This document shows positions 1 through 10,518 of a stretch of 64,000 bases of DNA, piece by piece. The translations under genes were made by a program, and so were the position numbers. Numbering within the stretch: position 1 is the stretch's first letter; each line of letters begins with the position of its first letter. The notes beneath the pieces were generated by a model. That model did not search any database. It worked only from the letters and a program-made list of their open reading frames with translations, and was not told the origin of the DNA. This DNA is from Chloroflexota bacterium (lineage in GTDB: Bacteria > Chloroflexota > Anaerolineae > CAYNKW01), in NCBI GenBank assembly GCA_049324835.1, contig JBMOMT010000055.1:100549-164548 (forward strand), written 5' to 3'.

Positions 1-1465
1 CGGCGCCGCACCAATCGGGCAGCGACGGTCCATCCTGCAGGGGCAGGGCGTTGCCCTGTGCATCTGTGGCCCGAACCAGCAGGATCAGGTGGCGCAGCGG
101 CGAATCGGTGGGCACGTGATGGCCGGTGCGATCGTTGGTGAGGGATACCTCGACGGCGACAGTGTCTCGATCCCGTTCGGCGGCGGCGGCGAGGGTGACG
201 GCATTCTGCAAGAGTTGCTCGTCCAGCGCGCCCGGCATCCGGTGGCTGGGAATCGTGGCCGGGTCGCGCTCCAGCCCGCCCTGATCTGGACGGGCAAAAT
301 GGGTGGCCCCCAGGGACGGCATGTGGCAGTCCTGGCAGGTCTGGCCTGTTGTGGGGTCGCTGTAGGGGCTGGCCAGCCACTCACCGAACGAGTTGTAGAT
401 GACTGTGTCCCAAAAGACACCGAAATGGCACGGCGCGCAGAACTGGCTCTGTTGCTGGAGGGGTGAATAGGTATCTTCGCCGGGGGCCACGTCGTCGAAA
501 GGGCCGGCAAAAAACTGGTGCCCCGGCGGCGGGCGACGGAATTCAAAAGAGAGCACGCCGGGCATGTTGGGGTAAGGCAGGCCGGTGGTTGGGTCCAGGC
601 GCGCGTCCCAGATTTTGTGGCAAAAATCGCAGGGCACGCCTTCGGCGGCGACGCCGCTGACAGCCGCCGGATTCACCCCGTAGGGGGCGTTGACCGAGGC
701 GGCCGGGGTGTGGCAGGCGGCGCAATTACCATCCGTTTCGGGAAAATCCAGCTTGTAGCCGGGGCCGTAATAGGGCTGGTTCGGATCGGGCCGCAGCGGA
801 AAGCGACCGTAATCACGGCTGACACCATAGCGGGTGAGCGGGCTGGCATGGCCGTTGACATCGGCGCCGTTGTACATGGTCAGGAAGCGCGGGTTGATCG
901 CCGATTGTGAGTGGGCGTCGAGCAGCCATTCGTCCACCGGCAGGGTGAAGGGCAGATCGGCGCCCTGGCGGCTGTGGCAGGCGGCGCAGCCCTGATCCTC
1001 TCCCTGGCCCGGGTGGTGCTGCGAGGGCAGCCAGGCATAATCGGCGTTATCCTCGGCGGCGTGGGCGTGTAGATGGAACTCGATATCGTGTTGCCCGGCA
1101 AGCGCCTGCACAGGCCCGGCGCAAAAGTAACCGGTCGCCCAGGCAGTGAGGTTGAACGGCCCCTCACCCAGCCCGGCCGTCGCCAGCTCAAAGTGGCCGC
1201 TGGTATCGGTGATGGCCGCCTGGGCCGTGGTCTGCACGCGCACCACGGCCCCGCTCACCGGGCCATCGTCGCCAACCACCTGGCCGGCGATGGTGTCCGG
1301 GACTGGTGCGGTGGGCATGGCCGTCGGTGGGGGCGTGACGGTGGGCGTCGGCGTCGGGTCCGGCGGGCGGCAGGCAGCCAGCAGTCCCAGGGCTGCGATC
1401 CAGGCATAACACGTGGCGCGCCCTATGCGCCACCTGGCGCGTGTTGCGTGGGGTTTCGTGCTCAT
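1..1465 (-). CDS. Multiheme c-type cytochrome lipoprotein (at least 5 CXXCH), N-terminal carboxypeptidase-regulatory-like domain; 3' end outside window
   Basis: Not in the ORF track because there is no stop in the window. Hand translation from ATG 1465: MSTKPHATRARW...ALGLLAAC lipobox, PT-rich linker, then CAACH (974-988), CAACH (710-724), CDFCH (617-631), CAPCH (425-439), CQDCH (323-337). Confidence 0.85.
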   Translation of the reverse strand, partial: MSTKPHATRARWRIGRATCYAWIAALGLLAACRPPDPTPTPTVTPPPTAMPTAPVPDTIAGQVVGDDGPVSGAVVRVQTTAQAAITDTSGHFELATAGLGEGPFNLTAWATGYFCAGPVQALAGQHDIEFHLHAHAAEDNADYAWLPSQHHPGQGEDQGCAACHSRQGADLPFTLPVDEWLLDAHSQSAINPRFLTMYNGADVNGHASPLTRYGVSRDYGRFPLRPDPNQPYYGPGYKLDFPETDGNCAACHTPAASVNAPYGVNPAAVSGVAAEGVPCDFCHKIWDARLDPTTGLPYPNMPGVLSFEFRRPPPGHQFFAGPFDDVAPGEDTYSPLQQQSQFCAPCHFGVFWDTVIYNSFGEWLASPYSDPTTGQTCQDCHMPSLGATHFARPDQGGLERDPATIPSHRMPGALDEQLLQNAVTLAAAAERDRDTVAVEVSLTNDRTGHHVPTDSPLRHLILLVRATDAQGNALPLQDGPSLPDWCGA

Positions 1466-1488
1466 CGTAGCGGCTTTCTCAACGACGT

Positions 1489-3264
1489 TCAAGTGTTTCT
1501 CAGGATCAGAGGCAGGTAGAGCCAGGCTGTTGGTTCCCAACGCTCGTGGGCGCCAATGTCGCAGATGGCATTTTCGTCGCCGTCGCCGTCGGTCGGGCGC
1601 GGGTTGCCGAAATAGTCCAGCCCCGGGCAGGCGGTATTGTCACCAGCGTCGATGGCCGGGCTGCCGGGCAGCAGATGGGCGTCAAAACTGCTGATGTCCG
1701 CGTTCACCAGATCGGGCGAAACGCCACAAAAGCTATCCGGCGGGCATGGGTCGGGTGTGGCTTTGGTGCCGTTGATGATGGCGTGGTCGACGGCAAACGG
1801 ATCTTGCGCCGTGCCGTGCCAGGCAAAGCAGGTCGTATCGCCGCCGCCGAACTCTGGATTGCCCTGAAAGATGTCGTTGCGCAGCAGCACCGACTCTGAG
1901 CCGCCGCAACTGTAACCCTCCTGACACTCGGTGATCAACAAACAATCTCCCTGGCCGGTGACGGTCGAGTTGATCACACTGGCCGCGTTGCCATCGCGCA
2001 GGGTGAGCGCGATGGCGCTGCCGCCGGCGCGGCAGTTGTCCACACTGCTTTCTTCATCTCCATCGCTGTCAAAGTCACCCCGATAGGCGAACGGTTTGCC
2101 CTCGAAAAAGCCGCAGTTGCTGACGGCGATGACGTTCTCGATGACCGTGGGCCCAGAGGTCTTGATCTGGTCGCCGGCGTTGCCCTCGGCGATGGTGCGC
2201 CGGATTTCGACGGACGAGCCTTCCTGCCGCGTGTAGAGCAGGTCCAGCCCGTCGGAGGTGTTGTGCAAAAAGGCCGAGTCTTCGATGACCCAGTGGCCGC
2301 CGGTTTCGCCGGTGCCGACGCCATCGCCGTAACCCCCGGCGCTCTGCCCCCAGCAGCCGGTCGGCTCGCCGCCAGGATAGGTCTCACCGCAGCCGTTCCA
2401 CTCGACCGTCCAGCGGCGAAAGGTGAGCGTGCCCGAGTTGGCGTCGTCGCCGTCAATGTCGCCATCCCAGCCAACCCAACCGTTGCCCGCGATCCGCACG
2501 TCTTCCAACGTCCAGTCGGTGAGCCGGCCGGCGCGCACCCCGCCGACGGCCAGGCCGTGAATATTCAGGTGTCGCAGGGTGACGTTGGTCGAGTCTTCGG
2601 CGTACAGCCCCAGATCGGCATACTCACCAAAGGGGTAGGTGTCGCGCTGGCAGGCCAGGTCGCCGCTGTGGCTTTCGACGCAAGCGGCATGATCGGTGAT
2701 CTCGAAGCAGGCGATCTCGATATTGTCCGAGTCGGTCAGGTTGAGGATGAACCACGGTCGTTCTGCGCCCCACAATTGAGGCGGGCTGGTGCAACCGGCA
2801 TCCCAGCCTGCGCCCAGAATGCGGGTGGGGTTGGCCGGGTTGGGGCCGCTGGGGATGGGCGGCATGTGGCAATCGTAGGCGCTATCGGCTTCGCAGGCAT
2901 CGGCGCCGGGGGCGTCGTAGCCCATGCGGTATTCACCAGGCCCGATGATCAGGGTATCGCCGTTCGAGATGCGCGGCGAGCCGCCCGGCGGCAGGGCGCG
3001 GAAGGGGTGATCCCAGGCGCAGGGCTGGCCCGTGCCGCTGCCGGGGTAGGCGGCGTCGGCCAGACCGGTGCACTGGCTGGCATCGCCGCCATTGGTGCGG
3101 ACGTAATAGACCGTGCCCTGGGCCGCCGCCACGTGGACTGTAGGCGGCAGAGACGGAAAGACCAAAGACGGGGTCGCAGCAGGCGAGCTGGCTTTGCAAC
3201 CCGAGAGCACCGTCAAGAGGACGAGCATCCCACAAACCAGTGTACGTGCATGTTGACGCATCAT
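1489..3264 (-). CDS. Secreted right-handed parallel beta-helix lipoprotein with choice-of-anchor Q-like C-terminus
   Basis: Start 3264 has SD AAGGAG and ATGA overlap with the upstream gene; lipobox VLSGC; beta-helix-like repeats; C-terminal HLLPGSPAIDAG...CDIGAHE followed by WLYLPLILR. Confidence 0.75.
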   Translation of the reverse strand: MMRQHARTLVCGMLVLLTVLSGCKASSPAATPSLVFPSLPPTVHVAAAQGTVYYVRTNGGDASQCTGLADAAYPGSGTGQPCAWDHPFRALPPGGSPRISNGDTLIIGPGEYRMGYDAPGADACEADSAYDCHMPPIPSGPNPANPTRILGAGWDAGCTSPPQLWGAERPWFILNLTDSDNIEIACFEITDHAACVESHSGDLACQRDTYPFGEYADLGLYAEDSTNVTLRHLNIHGLAVGGVRAGRLTDWTLEDVRIAGNGWVGWDGDIDGDDANSGTLTFRRWTVEWNGCGETYPGGEPTGCWGQSAGGYGDGVGTGETGGHWVIEDSAFLHNTSDGLDLLYTRQEGSSVEIRRTIAEGNAGDQIKTSGPTVIENVIAVSNCGFFEGKPFAYRGDFDSDGDEESSVDNCRAGGSAIALTLRDGNAASVINSTVTGQGDCLLITECQEGYSCGGSESVLLRNDIFQGNPEFGGGDTTCFAWHGTAQDPFAVDHAIINGTKATPDPCPPDSFCGVSPDLVNADISSFDAHLLPGSPAIDAGDNTACPGLDYFGNPRPTDGDGDENAICDIGAHERWEPTAWLYLPLILRNT

Positions 3265-6200
3265 CTTTTTTCTCCTTTGCGGATCGAACGAGTCCATGTC
3301 ACCAGACCAGCCATCACCAGCGGCAGGGCGGCTGCGCCGCCGCAAAAACCGCCGCCCGACGGTTCCGGCGTGGGCGTGGCTGGCGCGGCATCCGCGGCGG
3401 TGGCGGTCGGTTCCGGGGTGGCTGTGGATGGCCTCTCGGCCAGCGTGGGGATTTCCGTCGGCTCTGGCGTGGGCGTGGGCGGCAGGGCCGTGGGCCGGGG
3501 TCTGGGCGTGGCCGTCGGCGGGGCGGGTGTGGCGGCAGCCGTCGGCACCGGCTGCGGCGGCTGGCCGCTCAGGTCGAGGCGGTAGACGCCTTCGCCTTCG
3601 GTGGCGGCATAGAGGTGGGCGCCGTCGGCGGTGAAGGCCAGCTCGTTGACGGCGCGGGTGCGCAGGCCGGTGTTGACCGGCAGCCAGGTGGCGCCGCCGT
3701 CGGTGGAGCGATAGACGCCGCTAAAGCGGTCGGCGGCGAACATGACCTGGGGATCGGTGGGATCCAGGATCACGTCGGAGAGCATGGCCTCCGGGTTCAT
3801 GCCGGCAGAGGCGGGCTGCCAGGTAGCGCCGCCGTCGGCGCTGCGGTAGAGCCCGGCAAAGGCCAACCCGGCGAAAAGCATGTCCGGCTCGGTGGGATGC
3901 ACCATCACGGCCAGGACCGACGGTTCGCCCGGCAGGCCCTGGTTGATCGCCGTCCAGCTCGCGCCGCCGTCGGACGTTTTGAGCAGGCCGTGGTTGCCGG
4001 TGGCGGCGTAAACCGTCTGCGGGTCGCGGGGATGCACGGCCAGGGCGGTCACGTTGGCATCCTGCGAGACCGCGTCGTTGGCGGCGCGCCAGGTGCTGCC
4101 GCCGTCGTGAGAGACGAAAACCCCGGCGGCGGGCATGCGGTCGTCAAAGGTGCCGGCCGAGTAATAGGCCGAGGCGCCGGCATACACGGTGTCCGGATCG
4201 GAGGGGGCAAAAACGATGGCCCGCCAGCTCATACCATCGCCGAGACCACGGCTCACCGCCCGCCACGTTTGCCCGGCGTCGCGGCTCTCCAGCAGCACGC
4301 CGTTCCAGTTGTTGGCGGCCAGCACGTGTCGGCGACCTGCCCTGAGCCCGGTCGAAGGGTCGGCAGGATCGACGGCCACGACGTACCACTCCATCGAAAA
4401 GGCGGGCGGTGTGCTGAGGCCGATCCAGTCGCTGCCGCCGTCGCCGCTGACGAAAAGGCCGCTGCGGGCGGCGGCATAGACGCGGCCGCTGGCCGGATCG
4501 ACGGCGATATCACGCACCTGGGCGCCGGTATAGCCCGCGCTGGCCACAGCCCAGGTGCGGCCGCCGTCGGTGCTGACGAAATTGCCGCCGCCGTATTCGT
4601 TGGCAAAGATGCGGTTCGCATCGCGGGGATCGACCTGAAAGTCGATGGGGAAACCGGCGCGCACGCCCGGCGGGCCCCAGCCATCCTCCCCTTCGGAGAC
4701 GCGTAACCAGGTGCGGCCGCCGTCGCCGCTGCGATAGACAGCCCCCGAGCTGCCGGCGTAGGCGATGGCCGGATCGGAAGCGGCAAACTCGACGGCGTTG
4801 ATGTTGTCGCCGTGCAGCACCTGTTGCCAGGATACGCCGCCGTCGGTGGTGAGGTAGACGCCGTTGCCCTGGTCGTACTGGTTGTTGCCCGCGCCGGCCA
4901 GCAACACGTCGGGGTTGTGCGGGTGCATGAACAGCGTGCCGACGTACAGGTTGTCCAGGCCGTCGTTGGCGTGGGCCCAGGTGGCGCCGCCGTCGGTGCT
5001 TTTGAGCACGCCTTCGCCGCCGGGTGTGCCCTTGGCCGGCTCCGAGTTGGCCGCTTCGCGGTCGAAAATGCCGGTGGAAAGGTAGAGCACGTCTGGGTCG
5101 CGGGGGTCGATGAACACGTAACGGGCCAGGTTGTCGCCGCGCCAGATGGGCGCCCAGTTCTGGCCGCCGTCGATGGTTTTATAGACCACGCCGCCGGTCA
5201 TGTCGAACTCGCGGCCGTTGCGCGGCTCGCCGGCCCACACCCAACTGGAAAGCTCTGCCGCCGCATAGACGACGTCCGGGTTTTGGGGATCGACCGAGAT
5301 GCCGCGAAAGGTGATGCCCTCACGCTCGACGACGCCGTTGTCCATGCGGCTCCAGCTCTGTCCGGCGTCGGTGGATTTGTAGATGCCGCGCACGTTCTGC
5401 GTGCCCACCCAGAGGGTATTATCGTCGTGGGGGTCGATGGTCAGGCAAAAGACGGGGATGGCATCGCCCGATTCGCCGGTGCGGGTGGTGATGCCCTCGT
5501 TGGAAGGAAACCAGGTCTGGCCGCCGTCGGTGCTTTTAAAGACGCCAGCCCAGGCGTCGGTGACGTACAGGGTGTCGGGATCGTCGGAGCGCATGCGGAT
5601 GTCGTAGCCCAGGCCGCCCAGAGGCCCGCCGGTGCGCACCCAGGTGAGACGCGGATCGGGCGTGGGGGTGGGGGGCGGCGGCGGGCCATAGACGACGATG
5701 TCGTCCACGTAGGCCAGCGTGTCGTCCAGCGTCTCGAAGGCAAAAGAGCCAAAGAGCAGCGGGTCGGGATCGGTGTATTCCCATTCGAGTTGGCCGTTCA
5801 CCGTGAAGCGCAGGGTATCACCCTGGCCGGCGATCTCGACGGCGTGCCAGGTGCCCATCTCGTGAGAAACGCTGCTCGCCGCCAGGCCGTCGATGAAGGT
5901 ATCGGGCCAGTACTGTTTGGATAGATTGGAGCTGCCCTGGTGAAAGCCGATGTAGTAACGCCCCTCGTTGTTGAGGCGGTAGACCAGGTGGATGGCGCCG
6001 CGGAGGAGCTTGAGCCGGAATTGAACGCGGAAATCGCCGCCAAAAGTGACGTTCGGGCGGGCCCAGTGGTGGCCGTCACCGGCCAGAACGGCGTTGCCGT
6101 CTTCCTGTATCACCTGCCAACCGGGGTCCAGTTGCCAGTCCTCGGCCTGGGTGGCGTCGAAAGTCTCTTGATACAGCATGGCCTCGCCGGGAGCCTGGGC

Positions 6201-6284
6201 CAGTGAAGCGAGTGGGGCGCTCAACAGAGCGATGCCCAGCCCAAATGCAAGGGCCAGGCCAGGAACGAGTGTACGTTTCGTCAT
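3261..6284 (-). CDS. Large secreted BNR/Asp-box (VPS10/GH74-like) beta-propeller protein with N-terminal LamG/DUF1080-like domain and C-terminal anchor
   Basis: Many SxDGGxTW Asp-boxes; signal peptide; PT-rich linkers; C-terminal GGGFCGG + hydrophobic segment + basic tail; SD GGAGG before ATG 6284. Confidence 0.8.
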   Translation of the reverse strand: MTKRTLVPGLALAFGLGIALLSAPLASLAQAPGEAMLYQETFDATQAEDWQLDPGWQVIQEDGNAVLAGDGHHWARPNVTFGGDFRVQFRLKLLRGAIHLVYRLNNEGRYYIGFHQGSSNLSKQYWPDTFIDGLAASSVSHEMGTWHAVEIAGQGDTLRFTVNGQLEWEYTDPDPLLFGSFAFETLDDTLAYVDDIVVYGPPPPPTPTPDPRLTWVRTGGPLGGLGYDIRMRSDDPDTLYVTDAWAGVFKSTDGGQTWFPSNEGITTRTGESGDAIPVFCLTIDPHDDNTLWVGTQNVRGIYKSTDAGQSWSRMDNGVVEREGITFRGISVDPQNPDVVYAAAELSSWVWAGEPRNGREFDMTGGVVYKTIDGGQNWAPIWRGDNLARYVFIDPRDPDVLYLSTGIFDREAANSEPAKGTPGGEGVLKSTDGGATWAHANDGLDNLYVGTLFMHPHNPDVLLAGAGNNQYDQGNGVYLTTDGGVSWQQVLHGDNINAVEFAASDPAIAYAGSSGAVYRSGDGGRTWLRVSEGEDGWGPPGVRAGFPIDFQVDPRDANRIFANEYGGGNFVSTDGGRTWAVASAGYTGAQVRDIAVDPASGRVYAAARSGLFVSGDGGSDWIGLSTPPAFSMEWYVVAVDPADPSTGLRAGRRHVLAANNWNGVLLESRDAGQTWRAVSRGLGDGMSWRAIVFAPSDPDTVYAGASAYYSAGTFDDRMPAAGVFVSHDGGSTWRAANDAVSQDANVTALAVHPRDPQTVYAATGNHGLLKTSDGGASWTAINQGLPGEPSVLAVMVHPTEPDMLFAGLAFAGLYRSADGGATWQPASAGMNPEAMLSDVILDPTDPQVMFAADRFSGVYRSTDGGATWLPVNTGLRTRAVNELAFTADGAHLYAATEGEGVYRLDLSGQPPQPVPTAAATPAPPTATPRPRPTALPPTPTPEPTEIPTLAERPSTATPEPTATAADAAPATPTPEPSGGGFCGGAAALPLVMAGLVTWTRSIRKGEKR
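4336..4359. repeat. REP-like unit (CCTGCCCTGAGCCCGGTCGAAGGG) inserted in frame in the propeller gene
   Basis: Matches the CCTGAGCnnGTCGAAGG dispersed-repeat pattern; encodes PSTGLRAG between DPAD and RRHVLAA, where other blades read DPxDxxxLYA. Confidence 0.6.
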
Positions 6285-6328
6285 CTTGCCTCCGCTGGGA
6301 GCTGTGGCAGGGTGAGGGTTGTTTGGGC

Positions 6329-7333
6329 TCAATCCGGTTCGTGGCCGGGATGGATCGTCAGTTGATCCAGGTCGCGCACGGTGACAAAGGGCACGTAACC
6401 CCTGGCCTGGGATTTGGCATAGGCGTCGTCCACACAGGCCGGGGTGGTGGCGTAATCTATGGTGAGTACCAGCTTGCCGGCATTTTTAAAGCGGTCGAGA
6501 TTGTTTTCCATCTCGGCGGTGACGTCCGGCGGGGTCGGCTGGTCATCGGCATCGTAACCGTAATAGATGTCTTCCTGGCCGATGCCGTCGACGCTTTCCA
6601 GATAGTTCGGGATCAGGTCTGCCAGTTCGGGAGCGTTCTGGGGAAAGATAAAGAAATCGGGGTCTCGGGTGCGAGCGTGGGCGCGGATGGCGGCCACGAA
6701 ATCGGCCATTTCCTGGGCAGCGGTAGCCCGGCCCTGATCGGTGTAATACTGGTAGGCGTCGATGATGTCCAGGTAGGCGCCATCGAAACCGGCATCCAGC
6801 AGACGATCGGTGTAGCTAAAGACGATACTCTGCCATTCAGAATCCCAATAGTGCACTTTGTAGTTGCCCGCCCAATCGGGGTTCTGCTCGTCCAGCCAGG
6901 CCGGGTTTCCCGGTTGCCAGCCGTCTTGCCAGTAAAAGCGATAGTCCTCAGCCTCGCCGATGCTCATGTAGGCCAGCACGATCTTGGCCCCACCGGGGCT
7001 GTGTTGGAGGGCTTCGATCTGGGCAGCGGTAAAGGCCGTATCGTCGCTGCCATCGGCAGAATAGTCCATCACAACGAGGTCGTAGGCCGTATCGCCAACG
7101 GCGTCCAGGTCCAGGTCTTGAAGCTGATACAGGAAATCGTTCACGTTCAACGGGTTGGGTTGGGCCAGAGGAGTAAAGGCTTTCAGGATAAGCGGCAAAA
7201 AGATCCAGTTCGTTGGCTCCCATTCTTCGGTGGCGTCGGGCGCAGGGGGCGGCGCCAGGGCGATCATCCTTGTGGACGGCCACAGCAGAGCCAGGCCCAA
7301 AACAAACGCTGCAAAACCCAAGCGAGCTTTCAC
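6329..7333 (-). CDS. MJ1477/TM1410-family putative glycoside hydrolase (GH114, endo-alpha-1,4-polygalactosaminidase-like)
   Basis: LAYMSIGEAEDYRFYW, GFDGAYLDIID and PQNAPEL motifs; signal peptide followed by IFLPLILK. Confidence 0.85.
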   Translation of the reverse strand: MKARLGFAAFVLGLALLWPSTRMIALAPPPAPDATEEWEPTNWIFLPLILKAFTPLAQPNPLNVNDFLYQLQDLDLDAVGDTAYDLVVMDYSADGSDDTAFTAAQIEALQHSPGGAKIVLAYMSIGEAEDYRFYWQDGWQPGNPAWLDEQNPDWAGNYKVHYWDSEWQSIVFSYTDRLLDAGFDGAYLDIIDAYQYYTDQGRATAAQEMADFVAAIRAHARTRDPDFFIFPQNAPELADLIPNYLESVDGIGQEDIYYGYDADDQPTPPDVTAEMENNLDRFKNAGKLVLTIDYATTPACVDDAYAKSQARGYVPFVTVRDLDQLTIHPGHEPD

Positions 7334-7476
7334 TTTTCACCTCGCAAAAGAGGGCGCGTCTCTCGAAACACGATCGGGCGGAAGAGCTTGCAGTATCATT
7401 TTACCACATTTGCCCCAAAATGGGTAAAGGCTTGTAACTGCCTCACGAGGCTTTGCCTCAAACCGACAAGTTTGTC

Positions 7477-7521
7477 TCACCGCAGAGATTTGCTGTTTTT
7501 TCTCCGCGTGCTCGGCGGTGA
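7477..7521. repeat. REP-like hairpin TCACCGCAGAG...CTCGGCGGTGA
   Basis: 11-bp inverted repeat with 1 mismatch, intergenic. Confidence 0.5.
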
Positions 7522-7560
7522 AGTGTTGCTCTGTTTGTAAGGAATTTGTCCCCTCAAGGA

Positions 7561-7703
7561 GTTCAGCCTACCCTGCCGCAGGCTAAAATCGTTCATCCTG
7601 TCCCACAATCTAGCCGACCGGACGCTGGCGAATCGACAAATGGCGGCAGTGTAGGCGCACGGCATTGCCGTGCCCAAGAGCCTGCGGGAGGCTGAGCAGT
7701 TAC
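7561..7703 (-). mobile_element. MITE copy 1 (left end truncated, opposite orientation to copies 3 and 4)
   Basis: Reverse complement is similar to 45612-45748 and 57185-57325; right end GCTGAGCAGTTAC; no TSD visible. Confidence 0.8.
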
Positions 7704-7712
7704 GTATGGTGG

Positions 7713-9083
<1,371 letters not shown>

Positions 9084-9122
9084 GAATCGGGCGCCTCTCG
9101 TTTCAGCCTGCCTGATGCAGCT

Positions 9123-9151
9123 ATTATAGCTGTGAGTCTGGCAACTGTCAA
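9123..9151 (-). promoter_or_regulatory. sigma70-type promoter for the AlbA_2 gene
   Basis: Perfect TTGACA-N17-TATAAT on the minus strand. Confidence 0.8.
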
Positions 9152-9208
9152 TAGTTTCAGCGCCAGAGGGGGAATCCGGGCGGCCTGGTACGTGAGGATA
9201 CAGCCTGT

Positions 9209-9237
9209 TTGTCTTATGCCTGGGGGTGGGGTATAAT
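9209..9237 (+). promoter_or_regulatory. sigma70-type promoter for the PrsW operon
   Basis: TTGTCT-N17-TATAAT, divergent from the promoter at 9123-9151. Confidence 0.6.
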
Positions 9238-9282
9238 TGTCACCGTTACCAAGAACCCATCGATGAGCGTGAGGAGTTTGGA

Positions 9283-10509
9283 TTGCAACGTTTCCCTTTC
9301 AGTTGGCGGGCCGGTGCGGCCCTGATCGGTGGCCTGGGTCTGATGGCCGGTGGTCTGGGGAGCGCCGTGGCTTGTCTTTTCCTCATCCTGCTTGCTCCAG
9401 AGAGCAGCGCTCCCCTGGCGAGCGTGACGAGTGTCGCCAGTCTGGCGGTGCTGGGTCTGGGTTTGGGGTTGCCGTTGTTTTGGCACGGCCTTCGAGCCTG
9501 GCAGGGCCACCGCGACACCCCCTTTGCCCCGCCTCGCGCCGCGGTTCTGGCGCTGATCTATGTGGCAGCGGTGGGTATCGGTCAGGGTGTGCTTTCGTTT
9601 CAACTGAGCCCCCGATTGCTCTTTCCGCCGTTCCACGTGCTGGCCGGCGCGTTGCCGCCGCTGATCGTGCTGGCTTTTGTGGGCCGTCGCCTCGGACAGG
9701 CCGCACGCCGCCGTGAAGTGATCGGGCAGATGGCCAGCGGCGTCGTGATCGGCGGGGCGGGGGCCATCGTGCTGGTGGGGCTGGCGGCGGTGGGGGTGGC
9801 CCTGGCGCTGGGTGTGCTGCTGGCCCTGACGCCCGATGGCTTGCAGTCGATGCAGTCATTGCTGGAGCAATTGCAGCAGCCGGGCTGGGGGCAAACCCCG
9901 GATGACCTCTTGTCGCTGCTCTTTACGCCGCTCGGCATGGTGGGCCTGTTGCTGGTGGTGGTGATCGTCGGGCCGCTGGTCGAGGAAATGCTCAAGCCGG
10001 TGGGTGTGCTGTTCATCCGCCGCCGTCCCGACAAAGCGACCGCGTTTCTGTGGGGCGTGGCGGGCGCGGCGGCCTTTGCCGCCGCCGAGGGTATGCTCAA
10101 CGGCTCGGTGTCGCTGGAAGCCTGGTTGATAGTGATCGTCATGCGTATCGGCACGGCGCTCATCCATTGCCTGGGTGGTGGTCTGGTGGGTTTGGGCTGG
10201 TACGCACTGCGCACAGCCCACCGGCCCTGGCGTGCGCTCGGCCTGTACCTGGCGGCGGCGACGCTGCACGGCACCTGGAATCTGGTCACGCTGGGCATCA
10301 GTGGCACAGCGCTTGGCCTGGAGACGTTGGGCGAGACAGTGGTGGGCCTGGGTATGTTGTCGCTGATTGGGGTGCTGGCGCTGCTCTTCCTGGCGAGCGT
10401 GGCCGGGCTGGGCTGGCTGGTGCACTGGCTGGCAGCGGATGTACGAGCCGCATCGGCTGCGTCTGACCCAAACACGAAAACCCGTCCGCAAATTCTCGGA
10501 ACGGGCTGA
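9283..10509 (+). CDS. PrsW-family glutamic intramembrane protease
   Basis: Polytopic membrane protein; PLVEEMLK, FAAAEG, LIH, LHGTWN motifs; start moved to TTG 9283 (SD GAGGAG, downstream of the promoter). Confidence 0.8.
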   Translation: MQRFPFSWRAGAALIGGLGLMAGGLGSAVACLFLILLAPESSAPLASVTSVASLAVLGLGLGLPLFWHGLRAWQGHRDTPFAPPRAAVLALIYVAAVGIGQGVLSFQLSPRLLFPPFHVLAGALPPLIVLAFVGRRLGQAARRREVIGQMASGVVIGGAGAIVLVGLAAVGVALALGVLLALTPDGLQSMQSLLEQLQQPGWGQTPDDLLSLLFTPLGMVGLLLVVVIVGPLVEEMLKPVGVLFIRRRPDKATAFLWGVAGAAAFAAAEGMLNGSVSLEAWLIVIVMRIGTALIHCLGGGLVGLGWYALRTAHRPWRALGLYLAAATLHGTWNLVTLGISGTALGLETLGETVVGLGMLSLIGVLALLFLASVAGLGWLVHWLAADVRAASAASDPNTKTRPQILGTG

Positions 10510-10518
10510 GAGGACAAG

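Noticed and set aside
3360-3560. Pro/Thr/Ala-rich repetitive coding stretch
   Set aside because: Ordinary linker with no fixed DNA repeat unit, unrelated to the ACGGA arrays.
2263-7540. Long plus-strand ORFs (440, 488, 370, 445 aa) and many similar ones elsewhere in the window
   Set aside because: Antisense shadows of recognisable genes in high-GC DNA, with no motifs of their own.
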